From the NCBI GenBank assembly GCA_963665115.1, contig OY762007.1:8128001-8192000 (forward strand): a DNA stretch of 64,000 nt, given 5' to 3'. Position 1 is the stretch's first letter. Every line of letters begins with the position of its first letter. Below are positions 9,925-21,388 of the stretch, piece by piece. The notes below the pieces were generated by a model that was given only the letters and a program-made list of their open reading frames with translations, searched no databases and had not been told where the DNA came from. A program made the position numbers and the translations under genes. This stretch comes from an uncultured Rivularia sp. (GTDB lineage Bacteria > Cyanobacteriota > Cyanobacteriia > Cyanobacteriales > Nostocaceae).

Positions 9925-10422
9925 TTATTCGGCAGCGTAACCTTGAATATTCTCAGGTTCAAGTTGACGTAAAATCCGGGTTGTTTCCCGTTTGGCACTA
10001 TCGACACCTTCAACTACAATTATATATTTACCAGCATCTAAGCGGTTGCGATAAGGTAAAGCGTCACCACCACCAACAACTAAACCGACTCCTCCACCAA
10101 CAAAGATCGCACCTAAAGCACCACTACCAGCACCCAACAATCCTCCAATCAAGCGATTGCCGACTTCCCCCGCCCAAGGAAAGGTATTTATCCCAGTAAT
10201 TAAATTAAAAGCAAAGCCAGCAAAAAAGCCAAACGGTACCAGCCAATAAGACATAAACTTTGCCTGCTTTTTAGCTTGTTCTTTAGGATCGATTAAACCA
10301 AATTCATCAGCAGATTTATAGCCTCTACCGAGTATGGTACTTTTAATGTCCTTTTTTTCTAAAGCAGTGTAAGCTTCTTCTGCCATTATCCTGTCGGGAA
10401 ATACTGCAACGAGATAGTTCAT
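9925..10422 (-). CDS. conserved cyanobacterial membrane protein with glycine-rich helices
   Basis: 165-aa ORF, hydrophobic Gly-rich segments. Confidence 0.75.
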   Translation of the reverse strand: MNYLVAVFPDRIMAEEAYTALEKKDIKSTILGRGYKSADEFGLIDPKEQAKKQAKFMSYWLVPFGFFAGFAFNLITGINTFPWAGEVGNRLIGGLLGAGSGALGAIFVGGGVGLVVGGGDALPYRNRLDAGKYIIVVEGVDSAKRETTRILRQLEPENIQGYAAE

Positions 10423-10655
10423 TTTGGTTAAAGCTTTTATCTAAAGTTATCTAAAAAATATCGCTCTAACTAACAGCCTACCAGTACTGCTGCCATCAAT
10501 TCGATTTATTAAATACTGTTAAAGGGAACGGGGGGATGGGAGATGGGGAGATGGCGGGATGGGGAGACAAGGGGATATTAAACAATTACCAATTACCAAT
10601 TACCAATTACCAATTACTAATTACCAATCCCCAATCCCCAATCCCCAATTCCCAA

Positions 10656-11036
10656 TCATTCAGTAACTAAATCTAAAGGTTCGCAAAATTCCGGTATGCC
10701 TTGCTTGAAAACATAAAGCAAAACCGGAGTTACCAATACGGTAGGGAATGTGGGCGTTTTTTGGATTTGTTCTATGAGCTTGTCTACAGAACCTTCTGCC
10801 AAATCCGCACGCCATTCTTGCTGACAAATTAGCGATCGCCATTTTTTCGCTAGACTATCCAACCATTCGGAATTGGCAATTTCTGGCTGCTGCCCTGCTT
10901 TGATAGCCAAAGTCATTGCAGCATCTTCTAAGTCTCCGTCACAATCGGAAATCAAATCGAGCGCCTGTAATGCTGGAGGATAATTAGCAAATGTAGAGCG
11001 AAATTGGGCAATTTCTTGTGATGTAACTTTAGTCAT
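10656..11036 (-). CDS. conserved cyanobacterial hypothetical protein
   Basis: 126-aa ORF with DCDGDLEDAA motif. Confidence 0.75.
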   Translation of the reverse strand: MTKVTSQEIAQFRSTFANYPPALQALDLISDCDGDLEDAAMTLAIKAGQQPEIANSEWLDSLAKKWRSLICQQEWRADLAEGSVDKLIEQIQKTPTFPTVLVTPVLLYVFKQGIPEFCEPLDLVTE

Positions 11037-11365
11037 ACAAATACTGTGTTTTCAGATAAATATTACAGTATTTTAACTACAAAAAGTTAGCTTGAATACA
11101 AATTAAATCAAATTGCAATGTTTTTGATTATACCGATTAATTAACAATCAAAGCTTTTCTTCTGCGAAAAGAGAGGTTTAGGAACATATAAAAATATGCT
11201 TCTAATGCGCTATATTACTTTCATAATTTATAGGTACAAAATAAATATGGTATGAATAAAACCCGCAATTACTTTCACAAACATAATTAGCCAAAAGTCT
11301 ATAGTTACAGTTAAAAGCTAATAGCTAATAACGAATAACTAATAACTAATGACTAATAACGGGTA

Positions 11366-13417
11366 TCAACGCAATCCTCGTGCAGTAACGGCGCGTTGTA
11401 AAGTAGCCAAAGCACGATTGTAATCCAAAATTGCGGTAATTCGATTACCTTCGGCTCTAGTCAAAGCGTTTTCGGCATCGAGTACTTCCAGTTGAGTTCC
11501 AACACCGGCTTGAAAACGCAAGCGAGCTAATCTTAAAGATTCTCTTGCTTGATCCAAAGCTGCTTGAGAGGTTTGTACGTTTTCCAAGTTGGATTGCTGT
11601 TGTGAATAAGCTTGTTCTACTTGAAAGCGGATTTGATTGCGCTGTTGAGAAAACTGGGTTTCGGTTATTTCAGTATCGACTTTTGCTTGTGCCGCTCGCC
11701 CTTTCGATGCACCACCATCGAATAAGTTAAGGTTTGCTATTAATGCGACGCTGTAACCATTAGTCAATCCCACGCTATCGTTAAACTGATCTAGTAGGTT
11801 GTAGTTAGCTTCAATAGCTACTTGCGGGCCAAGTTGTGCAAGTGCTTCCCGTCGCTGCTGTTGGTTAATATTGCGCTGCGCTAACTGCTGTTGCAATTCG
11901 GGACGATTCTGATAAGCCAAAACTATACTCTTTTCCAGCGGTTGATTCCACAAACCAGCCAATTTGACAGGATCTGCGGCGCTAAGAGTAGCTGACTGCG
12001 CTAAATTTAACCGTGTTGCTAACGCACGACGAGCAATGCGCTGTTGCGATTCGGCATTAGTTAACTGTTGCTGGGAGTTTGCTAAGTTAACCTGAGTACG
12101 CAACGAGTCAAAGCGCGTTCCTACACCAGCTTCTTCTAATGCTCTCGCATCTCGTAAACTTGCTTCAGCATTGACTACAGCGGCTCTGGATATGCGGACT
12201 TGTTCGTCGGATTCTTGCAAGTTGTAATACTCGGTGGCTACGTTTAAACGAATTTCTTCAGATAAACGCTCAACGTCTAATTCTTGCAACCGCACCTGTT
12301 CTTTAGCTTGGCGAATGCGTGCAGAACGCGCTCCAGAGGTGTACAAATCGTAACTCACCTGTGCCCCACCAGTGAAAGAAGTTGTGGGGTCGTCAGTATC
12401 ATCGGGTAGTTGAGGATTAAGTCTACGTTGAAGTTCGCTTCCTGCCGAAGAAGATCGCTCTACTCGACCACTCAAACCTACATTAGGCAATAAAGCGGCT
12501 CTTGCTACCTTCAAACCTGCTTGTGCCCGTTCTAGCTGCAATAAAGCTACCTGTAGTTCTTGATTATTGCGTCTTGCAAATTCTAAAGCCTGCTGCAATG
12601 TAAGTGCTTGATTTTGGTCAGTTCTTACTTCAGAAGGCCTGGTGGGATATTGCAGGGGGTTGGCGCTGGGGTCAAGACTGGGAGGAATTGGAGCGGGACC
12701 CTGTAAACGCGGTCTTGTTGGCTGTACGGGAGCGGGAGAGAGTGGTTGAGCTAATTTATTGTTAGGAATAGAATTATTTTGACAAGCCCCAACCGCTGAG
12801 GATGATGAAATATTTTGCAGTTTTAAATCATCTTGTCCCCTTTCTGGCGTATCCTGCGGTATGGGGCATGGTTGTACTTTTAACAGTTCTGCTGCTCCTG
12901 GCCCAGTAGCAATTTTCTGTAATTTTTGTAATATTTTATCGTCTGGATTTTTTTTGACTACCACCGGGGCAATATTGATTCCAGATGAATGATTATTTCC
13001 AAAAGAAACTTTGCTAGATGAAGGTTTTTTCAAGGCTTGTGTCGAACTTCTATGGGAAGCCGTTTTCAAGCTCTGGGTTTTTGCAGTTTGATTGTTTTTG
13101 CTTATCGCATTAATTAAGACTCCAGTTTCACCAGCCACATTCACCCCTGAAATTTGGCGATTGACTTGTTTTACGTTGCTCGGTTCAACCCCCGTGGGGA
13201 TCACTGGCGCGGGATACTTATTGTCAACCGTATCTTTTAGCGGGCTAAAAGTATTAGTTAAATCTTCTTCGCTACTTATACTGGTAGTAAAGATACTAGG
13301 ATAAAGACCCAAATGCGAGTCATCCACAGTTACGGTATCAGCCAAACCAGGCTGAGCCGTTAAGACTGCTACTGTCACACCGGGCAAGAAACTATTTAAT
13401 ATTTGCTGTGCTTTCAC
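11366..13417 (-). CDS. TolC-family outer membrane efflux protein (HgdD-like) with long low-complexity N-terminus
   Basis: LTLQQALEFARRNN, YYNLQ, RPEL, RFQAGVGTQLEVLDAE, DYNRALA. Confidence 0.92.
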   Translation of the reverse strand: MKAQQILNSFLPGVTVAVLTAQPGLADTVTVDDSHLGLYPSIFTTSISSEEDLTNTFSPLKDTVDNKYPAPVIPTGVEPSNVKQVNRQISGVNVAGETGVLINAISKNNQTAKTQSLKTASHRSSTQALKKPSSSKVSFGNNHSSGINIAPVVVKKNPDDKILQKLQKIATGPGAAELLKVQPCPIPQDTPERGQDDLKLQNISSSSAVGACQNNSIPNNKLAQPLSPAPVQPTRPRLQGPAPIPPSLDPSANPLQYPTRPSEVRTDQNQALTLQQALEFARRNNQELQVALLQLERAQAGLKVARAALLPNVGLSGRVERSSSAGSELQRRLNPQLPDDTDDPTTSFTGGAQVSYDLYTSGARSARIRQAKEQVRLQELDVERLSEEIRLNVATEYYNLQESDEQVRISRAAVVNAEASLRDARALEEAGVGTRFDSLRTQVNLANSQQQLTNAESQQRIARRALATRLNLAQSATLSAADPVKLAGLWNQPLEKSIVLAYQNRPELQQQLAQRNINQQQRREALAQLGPQVAIEANYNLLDQFNDSVGLTNGYSVALIANLNLFDGGASKGRAAQAKVDTEITETQFSQQRNQIRFQVEQAYSQQQSNLENVQTSQAALDQARESLRLARLRFQAGVGTQLEVLDAENALTRAEGNRITAILDYNRALATLQRAVTARGLR

Positions 13418-13509
13418 CGCATTTCCTCACACTACAATCAAGCGGCAGAAACTATTTTCTCACCACAGACTATATCACGCTTAGAACCGAAGTAATGTTA
13501 ACTCAGATG

Positions 13510-15076
13510 CTAAGAATCAGATGTTTTATCGTCTTCAAAACCCCTAACGATGCGAGATAGTTCCGCCTTTTCATCGATACTAACGCGGCTCGGCACTCCG
13601 CTGATAATTCTTTCGTAATCTTGGAATGAATTTTTGATTTGGGGACCTTCACGAGTTATGTTGTATTCCCTAATACCCTTGTCGTGCCAAGAACCGCGCA
13701 TTTTAAATACGTTGATTGCTCGCGACATTTCTCCACGAATTTCTACATATTGCAATAGGATAATCGTGTCGGTGATAGTGGAAATATGAGAATCGGTAAT
13801 CGAATTTGAACCCAAAAAGTGAGTGGTAGTGTTAGTAAAAAAGCCAGTAATTTCCTCTTGCTTGGCGTAAGCAGTTACACCAATAACAAATTGCCGAAAC
13901 GCATTATTAGAAACACCCCGATCTAAAGCACTAAGGGAATCTATGGCAATACGATTCGGCTTAAATTCAGAAATTTCTGACTTAATAATTTGCAGGTGAT
14001 CTTCTAAACCAGTTGACTCGGGATAAGCACAAATAATTTTTAACAATCCTTGCTTTTCTAACTGCTCAAAATCAATTCCCCAGGAAGTAGCATTACGAGA
14101 AAGTTGTGCGCGGGATTCTTCATAGGCAAATAGTATCGAGCGTTCGCCTTTCTGACAACCTTCCTGCAAAAATTTGCTGACTAACAGCGTTTTACCCGTA
14201 CCTGTAGCACCTGTAGCCAAAATAATCGAATCTTTAAAAAATCCACCCCCGCACATCCGATCTAGGTATTCGACTCCTGAAGATACGCGGACATTTGAAG
14301 AACGTTGAGTCAACTGCATTGCGCCCAATGGGAAAATATTTATCCCGTCATTGGTAATTGTAAAAGGATATTCTCCTTTCATATGAGTCGTACCGCGCAA
14401 TTTGAGAATTTCAATGGTGCGTCTGCGGCGTTCTCCTTCTAAAACGTTACGAAAAATTATTACATTGTCCGAGACAAATTCTTCTACTCCGAATGTTGCC
14501 ACCGGGGCCGTATTCTTCTCGTCGTTCGGTTGTCATGACGGTGGTAACGTGCAATTTTTTTAAACGCGCAACTAAACGAAAAATTTCTCGTCGTACCAAA
14601 CCTGCTGCTTCGTACTGTTGAAAAATTGCTGTTACCGAGTCAATGGAAATGCGCTTTGCTTTGTATTTTTGAATCGCGTATTGCAAGCGCTCTATCAATC
14701 CCGATAAGTCAAAGTTACCGATAACTTCTTGACCTTCAGGATCGGGAGAAGCATCGAGAATAAATAATTGACCGTCGTCAATTAACTGTTGTAAATTCCA
14801 ACCAAATATACGGGCATTTCTGATAATATCGTTGGGAGCTTCTTCAAAAGTGACAAATATTCCTGGTTCTTCAAAGTGAGTAATGCCGTTATAAAGAAAT
14901 TGTAGAGAATATAATGTTTTACCCGTCCCGGAGGTACCGCTGACCAAAGTTGTTCTACCTTTAGGCAATCCACCATGAGTAATATCATCAAAACCTTCTA
15001 TCAAGGTATGAATCTTTTCGACACCCCGACTTGATAAAGGTTTGCTAGTCTGTAGCGGCTTATCTTTCTCGCTCAT
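13510..15076 (-). CDS. kaiC: circadian clock protein KaiC, apparent +1 frameshift at 14504-14507
   Basis: Two ORFs join as EEYGP|VATFGVEEF after removing one C; two P-loops (GTSGTGKT, GATGTGKT); ST phosphosites in DSHISTITD. Confidence 0.95.
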
Positions 15077-15209
15077 TGCTTATTAACTACAAATAGTAAA
15101 TTGACCGTCCTAGTTTAAGATTTGGAATTTTGGATTTCGTAAATCTAAAATAGAATGGGTCCGGGTATGGTAATAACTACAGTTCGTTCATGAACCTCTA
15201 TATAGTTTA

Positions 15210-15530
15210 CTATTCCAAGTTGTTTTCTTGTTCGCTGTCTGGTGCATCCAATAAATTTAATCCGATTAATACTCTTTCTTTGTCAGATAGATCCCCAATT
15301 ATTTTACGAACTGGGGGTGGTAAAATTTTCGACAAGGTTGGTGTAGCCAAAATTTTGTCATCCTCTGCTTGCTGCGGATTCTTTTGCACATCGATAACTT
15401 TTAAGGCATAAACTCCTTTAAATTCCTGCTCTAATATTGTTTTGAGGGTCTTCAGTGCCTGTACTGAGTTGGGTGTGTTACCTGAGACATAAAGTTTTAG
15501 GACATAGGTCTGACCATCTTGATGGTTCAT
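15210..15530 (-). CDS. kaiB: circadian clock protein KaiB
   Basis: YVLKLYV.GNTPNS...[23 protein letters not shown]. Confidence 0.97.
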   Translation of the reverse strand: MNHQDGQTYVLKLYVSGNTPNSVQALKTLKTILEQEFKGVYALKVIDVQKNPQQAEDDKILATPTLSKILPPPVRKIIGDLSDKERVLIGLNLLDAPDSEQENNLE

Positions 15531-15646
15531 GCGCGCATCTTGGGGTAGAAAATAAACAAGAAAAAAAGGGGATAAATTTTAACCCGTATTTAAACAACAA
15601 ATAAATATATTTATGTTATTTATCTTCTGACAAATAACGTAAAACA

Positions 15647-16000
15647 TCAACCCTTAGAAATATTAGAACGTCGATACATTTCGCATAGGTGAGCTAACAT
15701 ATCAATCAATGTCAAGCGATAATCAAGAAGTAATGAATTATAATCGCTTCTACCTTCTATTTTTAGCTGTTTGGAAAATTCATCTACTAAATCCATATGA
15801 ATCTCAATAATTTGAGGCACGGGAATATTAGCACAAAATATTGTATTGATTAATTTATCTATTTGTTCTTTTAGATTTGTATCATTTGTGAAGTATTTAA
15901 TCATAATTTGACGATATTCAGACTTAATCTTTTGCAAAATTTCTTTTTTTTGATTTGAATCCATTTGCTCAAATAAGAGCATTATTTCAGATTGTGACAT
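15647..16000 (-). CDS. kaiA: circadian clock protein KaiA, short C-terminal-domain form
   Basis: IEIHMDLVDEFSKQLKIEGRS...LLDYRLTLIDMLAHLCEMYRRS; no N-terminal pseudo-receiver. Confidence 0.93.
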   Translation of the reverse strand: MSQSEIMLLFEQMDSNQKKEILQKIKSEYRQIMIKYFTNDTNLKEQIDKLINTIFCANIPVPQIIEIHMDLVDEFSKQLKIEGRSDYNSLLLDYRLTLIDMLAHLCEMYRRSNISKG

Positions 16001-16921
16001 CTAACTACATATCCATTTTTTCCCTATGCTTATTCATTTATTTTCAACTACATATAGTCTTTGTTATACAAATATTTACAAAGGCTACAGTAATTTTCAT
16101 TCTCTACAAATAATCTGGATTCGATTGGGTAACATCGCCCTAACTTTTCAAATCGGAAGATTGTTACATTCCGAACGTAGAAAATTATATTAACAAATAC
16201 ATATTTATATTTATCATTGTTTTTAAGTTATGCTAATTTTTTCAAATTATTTCGCTTTAGACTTTCAATAATAAGATACTTTACGTTTGATCGTTAATTT
16301 ACTCTAAGTAAATTGTTGTTGTTATATTCAAAACAATATATTATCAAAAGATTGGTCTTTATCTCGTATTAAAAAGTAGAAAAGAAAAAATTGTTCGTAA
16401 GCAATAATAATTTATGTCAATTTTCTTGATCGTTACTATGGCATTTTTAGGGCGGAAGCTATATTATGGATAAAAAAATAGCTCCTGCTTTACACATAAT
16501 ATTTTTTTAATTTTCCTTGATGATAAGATAGATGAAGTAGCTTTAAAAAATGTCATAATTTGAATCGTTATAATTACTAAAGATTTTTAGGCTAATTTTG
16601 GAGTAATAATTGTCTTAATGGTTGCTATCAGATGCATCATGGTATCAACTCCTTTATGGACGCAAGTGATTGCCTCCCCGATGTATCTGCTGGCAGTAAA
16701 AGTAGAAACCCGCCGCACCGACAACTCTTGTATCGGCAAGTAGGCTCCTGCGATATCGAACTCCATTGCTTGCATAAAGCATATAGCTTCGATTCAAAAT
16801 CGTCCTGTGATGTCGCCGTCCCTTTAAAGTGAACAACGATTCAACTTATAAAAGGAACAAAACTAGCAGTGAGGACGGTGATGCCGGATGCTCTATAAAG
16901 AAGAATAACTCCAGAAGGCAA

Positions 16922-19900
16922 ATGTCAATTCAACATTACCCGCTTTACGAGTTTATTACTAGAGTCCCTAGTTGCTATGAAACTACTCCTCTTCTAGAGG
17001 TGTTATCTTTTTTTGAGCAAGAGCAGCATTCTGTGCAGTTAGTAGTGCTAGACGAGCAACAAGTTCCCTGTTGTTTGCTTGATGCAACGAATCTGCTAGA
17101 GTTTTTCATCTATGGAAAACAGGACGAGCTAGGAAACACACGCGAATTTGATTGGAATCAACCAATATCTTGTTTAGATGCAAAATTTATCCAACCAATC
17201 CAAATCTTAAGCTCATCTTTAAGTTTAGAGCAATTTGGTTCAAAATTGCGTACTCAAAAATTGCCAGTAAGCTCTCAGAATCGGGTGCTAGTAGATGAAT
17301 ATGGTAAATTTTTAGGACTTTTAGATAGTTGTAAGTTGTTGGGGCATTTAGCGTCATCGCAAAGGAAAAACAAAACCGTAGGCATAGCTTCAGGGAATAG
17401 AAACACGCAATATCAAGAAGCAACTAATGGAATTTCGGTTATTCCCAGGAATGTTATAACCCAAACCCATTCCGATGGTGCTGAAGTTATCAGTTATGCA
17501 GATGCGAAAAATAAAATATATTCTTCGAGAAACCGGAATAAAAGTCAATGGTCGTATAAGTATGCGGCACAATTACTTAAAGGGCTTCCTTGGGCGTTAA
17601 TGTTAGAAACAGATACTAAAGAAGTAGTATCGCAAAATCAACTTTGGTACGAACAGCTTGGGGAATTAAAAGATCCGCAAGGGTTCAAAGAACTTTGGGA
17701 AAGCACAATTGAAGACAATTTTACACAAACAGATGTTGAGCCTGAGTTAAAGCACTCCAAGGAAGGCTCCACCTTAAACCGTTGTTTTATAGACAGCGAA
17801 CCAGGTAGTTGTGTTTGTGTTGTAGAAATGCAGGATGGCCAAGAAAGAGTTTGGCGGTTTACGAAGATACCTGTAGATATTTGCGATATTGACCTTCAGG
17901 ATTTAAAAAACGAAGAAATACCGGAAAATGGTCAATTGTGGCTGGTTTTGGCTAGCGATATTACCGAACAACAGCAACTAACCCAAGAATTAGCAGCGAA
18001 AAACGCCGATTTAATTCAACTCAATCGTTTAAAAGATGAATTTTTGGCTTGTATCAGTCACGAATTAAAAACTCCTTTAACAGCGGTATTGGGGTTATCG
18101 CGTTTGTTATCCGATCAGCAGTTAGGGAAACTTAACGATAGGCAAGCAAAGTATGCTAAATTAATTCATCAAAGCGGTCGTCATTTGATGAGCGTAGTTA
18201 ACGATATTTTGGATTTAACCCGCATGGAAACGGGCCAAATGACGCTAACTCCTACCAAAGTCAATATTAAAAACGTTTGCGATCGCGCTTTAACAGAAGC
18301 CAAAGCGATTCATACTCAAACAAGCAAAGCCATAATATCGGATTCAGTTGAAGAATATGAATTTGTTCTTGATATTGAGTCAGGATTAGAAGAAATTATT
18401 GCTGACGAATTGCGTTTGCGTCAAATGCTGATTCATCTGCTTTCTAACGCTTTCAAGTTTACCGAAGCAGGTGGTGAAATAGGCTTGCAGATCAATAGTT
18501 GGGAAGGTTGGGTTGCTTTTACCGTTTGGGATACGGGTATTGGTATTGCCGATAGCCAGCAACATTTGATATTTCAAAAGTTTCAGCAATTGGAAAATCC
18601 CATGACTCGTCAACATGAAGGCACGGGTTTGGGGTTAGTATTAACTAGGGCTTTAGCTCGACTTCATGGTGGTGACGTAAGCTTTTTATCGCGAGAAGGT
18701 TCGGGAAGCCAATTTACAGTGCTTTTACCTCCATCTCCTCCTCATAAAATGGTTGGAGAAATCGGTGTGGGCGATACGGAAGGATACTTACAAACAGTAG
18801 GCTCGCAAGTTACAGAAGAGAAGCCATTAATAAAGTCTGGTTTACCCAAAGAATTACCACTGGAAAATATTCCTGCTTCCACAAGTAAAAATAATTTTAA
18901 CTCTAATTTTTCTAAAGATCGAAATTCTAATCTATCGCTACAAAGTTTTCCTAACAGTTTAGTTTTGGTTGTAGAAACAGTAGCTAGATATATAGATGAT
19001 TTCACGAAGCATTTAAGTACTTTAGGATATCGAGTAGTAGTAGCTCGTTCTGGCTGCGAAGCATTGGAAAAAGCCCGGAGACTGCAACCATTAGCAGTTT
19101 TTATCAATCCTTTGCTACCGATACTTTCGGGTTGGGATGTATTGACATTAATCAAATCTGATGTTGCAACTCGGGATATTCCGACGATTGTAACGGCTAG
19201 CGCAGCAGAAAAAGAACAAGCATTTAGCAAACGCGCCGATTATTTCCTCAACTTACCTGTTACTTATCAAGCTTTAGCAGGGTTATTAGAAACGATTAGC
19301 CACATACCCGAAGAAAAGCCAGCAGATGTAAAAAAAAGTAGCATCCCGCAAGCAAAAACCCCATTGCGGATATTGAGATTAGTTGAACCCGAAGTAGAAT
19401 CATTAAGTTATCATGCATCGCTGGGAAAACATCGAGTCATAGAAGCAGATGACTTAGAACAAGCACAACTCTTAGCTCGTGTTTGGAAGTTCGATGTGGC
19501 TTTATTAGATGTAGAAATGCCTCTTGCTGAAACTTACCTAGAACAAATTGGTCAAAGTCAAACTTTAGCCGCTTTACCCTTAGTAACTCGTAGCGTAGAA
19601 ACTACACAAGCAGCATCAAAGATCGGTAAACTATCGGTATTTCCTTGTTTAACGCAATTGGGCAAGCACAATACTATTGACAAAGAAAAAGCACCAACTT
19701 TATTGTCAGTATTGCAAATTGCTGCTGGTGTATGCTGTCCTCCGAGTATTTTAGTTGTAGATTTAACTGTAATACCGGATTTACCGGGAGCAATAATTGA
19801 TTGCGAAACTAAGAAAACTAAGAAAACTAAAAAAACTAAGAAAGACAACCCCGCTCAAGTTAACTTACCCTGTAGTGGAAAACTTCCATGCCCCCTAAAC

Positions 19901-20284
19901 GACCAACAACTTCAAACAACTCGTCCAACAGAATGGTTTCAAGCTTTGGTTCAGTACCTACAAACAGCAGGTTTCAAAGCAGCAATGTGTAACAGTTGGA
20001 AAGAACTATTACAACTATTGCGTCACGAAAGTGTAGATTTACTATTAATTTGTTTAGAAGAATCCACTATAGAGCTAAAAGTTCAATCGTTAATAGAAAC
20101 ATTAGAACAGATGGCTGCGGATTTACCCCCACTGTTATTACTAGATCAAAGATCGAATTCCAATCAAATAGAATTGGCAGAATTTGAAGCATCAAAAACC
20201 ATCGCAGCACAAGTTTTACCTCGTTCAATTTCAATGGAAAACTTGTTAAGTAGAATCAATCAAGCATTAGCAGTTAGTAGTTAG
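16922..20284 (+). CDS. hybrid sensor histidine kinase with CBS-like N-terminus and three, mostly degenerate, receiver-like domains
   Basis: FLACISHELKTPL, LLSNAFKFT, DTGIGI, GTGLGL; receiver-like C-terminal repeats. ATG 16922 preferred over GTG 16829. Confidence 0.9.
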   Translation: MSIQHYPLYEFITRVPSCYETTPLLEVLSFFEQEQHSVQLVVLDEQQVPCCLLDATNLLEFFIYGKQDELGNTREFDWNQPISCLDAKFIQPIQILSSSLSLEQFGSKLRTQKLPVSSQNRVLVDEYGKFLGLLDSCKLLGHLASSQRKNKTVGIASGNRNTQYQEATNGISVIPRNVITQTHSDGAEVISYADAKNKIYSSRNRNKSQWSYKYAAQLLKGLPWALMLETDTKEVVSQNQLWYEQLGELKDPQGFKELWESTIEDNFTQTDVEPELKHSKEGSTLNRCFIDSEPGSCVCVVEMQDGQERVWRFTKIPVDICDIDLQDLKNEEIPENGQLWLVLASDITEQQQLTQELAAKNADLIQLNRLKDEFLACISHELKTPLTAVLGLSRLLSDQQLGKLNDRQAKYAKLIHQSGRHLMSVVNDILDLTRMETGQMTLTPTKVNIKNVCDRALTEAKAIHTQTSKAIISDSVEEYEFVLDIESGLEEIIADELRLRQMLIHLLSNAFKFTEAGGEIGLQINSWEGWVAFTVWDTGIGIADSQQHLIFQKFQQLENPMTRQHEGTGLGLVLTRALARLHGGDVSFLSREGSGSQFTVLLPPSPPHKMVGEIGVGDTEGYLQTVGSQVTEEKPLIKSGLPKELPLENIPASTSKNNFNSNFSKDRNSNLSLQSFPNSLVLVVETVARYIDDFTKHLSTLGYRVVVARSGCEALEKARRLQPLAVFINPLLPILSGWDVLTLIKSDVATRDIPTIVTASAAEKEQAFSKRADYFLNLPVTYQALAGLLETISHIPEEKPADVKKSSIPQAKTPLRILRLVEPEVESLSYHASLGKHRVIEADDLEQAQLLARVWKFDVALLDVEMPLAETYLEQIGQSQTLAALPLVTRSVETTQAASKIGKLSVFPCLTQLGKHNTIDKEKAPTLLSVLQIAAGVCCPPSILVVDLTVIPDLPGAIIDCETKKTKKTKKTKKDNPAQVNLPCSGKLPCPLNDQQLQTTRPTEWFQALVQYLQTAGFKAAMCNSWKELLQLLRHESVDLLLICLEESTIELKVQSLIETLEQMAADLPPLLLLDQRSNSNQIELAEFEASKTIAAQVLPRSISMENLLSRINQALAVSS

Positions 20285-20485
20285 CAGTTATCAGTTGAAA
20301 CTTGAGATTATAGCCAAATAACTCATAACTCAAATTGCTATTTATGCGATAGCCAGCACGAAACGCTGGGTTTTGGATCGTGTTTCATTATAAAATCCCT
20401 ATTACCCAAATATATTAGAAAAATCAGGATTTAATCGGCGATTACATAATGTCTCGATCTGGATTTTTTTTTGTGCAATAAAAAA

Positions 20486-21388
20486 ATGAATCAACTTAAG
20501 TTAGAAATCAAACTACTATTAATTAGCTTACTGCTAAGCACTGGACTGATTGTTTTCACTGGTTCAGAAACAAACGCAATTCTAAAATTGGCAAAGCCAT
20601 CTCATAGTGTTCTTCCTAAAAATACCGAAAAAAATCACACTTTTAGGGCAAGAAAAAAACAAAATACTATCAACCGTGGAACTAAGAATATTAAGTCTTC
20701 TTCACAGCTATTAGTTGGCGGTTGGAGTAGAACAATAGTCAATGATTCTGGTGGCAAAGACCGGATAACTGCATTTTTTGATTCAGACGGTTCTTGGTTT
20801 TATATAGCGACAAGAGATAATGGATATTGGTATGTTTTAAATAAAGGTACTTGGCGGCTTTCCGATAGCATATTATACCAAACAACGGAAGACGGAAAGA
20901 AATTTGAAGGTCCTTTGAAATTTCTATCTGATAATAAGTTCACTTATCGAGATGACGATAACAGTATAAATAAATGGACAAAAATAAGTAGTAAAGGAAA
21001 CTTATCTGCCAGCCAATTGATAGGAACTTGGTCAATGGTTCGTATGAAAAGAGTTGCTTCTGTTCTTACTAGAGACACCAGAAGTATTCTGAACTTAGTT
21101 GAGTTAAATGCAGATGGCACATTTCGTTACGAAAGCGCAAGAGTTGGTGTTGGTGTTAAAATAAAGCGTTTAACTGGAACTTGGGAATATACTAATTCTG
21201 GCTATGCCGATGGATTTTTAATTCTCAAGAATTCTCAAGGTAAAACTGTATCTCTTGGTAGCATTGACTGGACTTCCAAGGAAAACTTTTTGCATATACA
21301 TCGCTCTCAATTCAATCGAGTTAAAAATCAATATTCTCCTGGAAGGATAGAAAGATTTAGCCGTACCAAAGAAAGAATTACACGGTAA
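20486..21388 (+). CDS. secreted hypothetical protein with two lipocalin-like beta repeats
   Basis: Signal peptide; internal repeat SQLLVGGWS/FDSDGSW/KGTWRL vs SQLIGTWS/LNADGTF/TGTWEY. Confidence 0.7.
   Translation: MNQLKLEIKLLLISLLLSTGLIVFTGSETNAILKLAKPSHSVLPKNTEKNHTFRARKKQNTINRGTKNIKSSSQLLVGGWSRTIVNDSGGKDRITAFFDSDGSWFYIATRDNGYWYVLNKGTWRLSDSILYQTTEDGKKFEGPLKFLSDNKFTYRDDDNSINKWTKISSKGNLSASQLIGTWSMVRMKRVASVLTRDTRSILNLVELNADGTFRYESARVGVGVKIKRLTGTWEYTNSGYADGFLILKNSQGKTVSLGSIDWTSKENFLHIHRSQFNRVKNQYSPGRIERFSRTKERITR

Noticed and set aside
10520..10655. Novel repeat array
   Set aside because: Ordinary Nostocales STRR heptamers (ATTACCA, CCCCAAT) and their complements.
13510..15076. Naturally split KaiC or programmed frameshift
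   Set aside because: One extra base in a GGGG run, the same pattern as six other genes, so most likely sequencing error.
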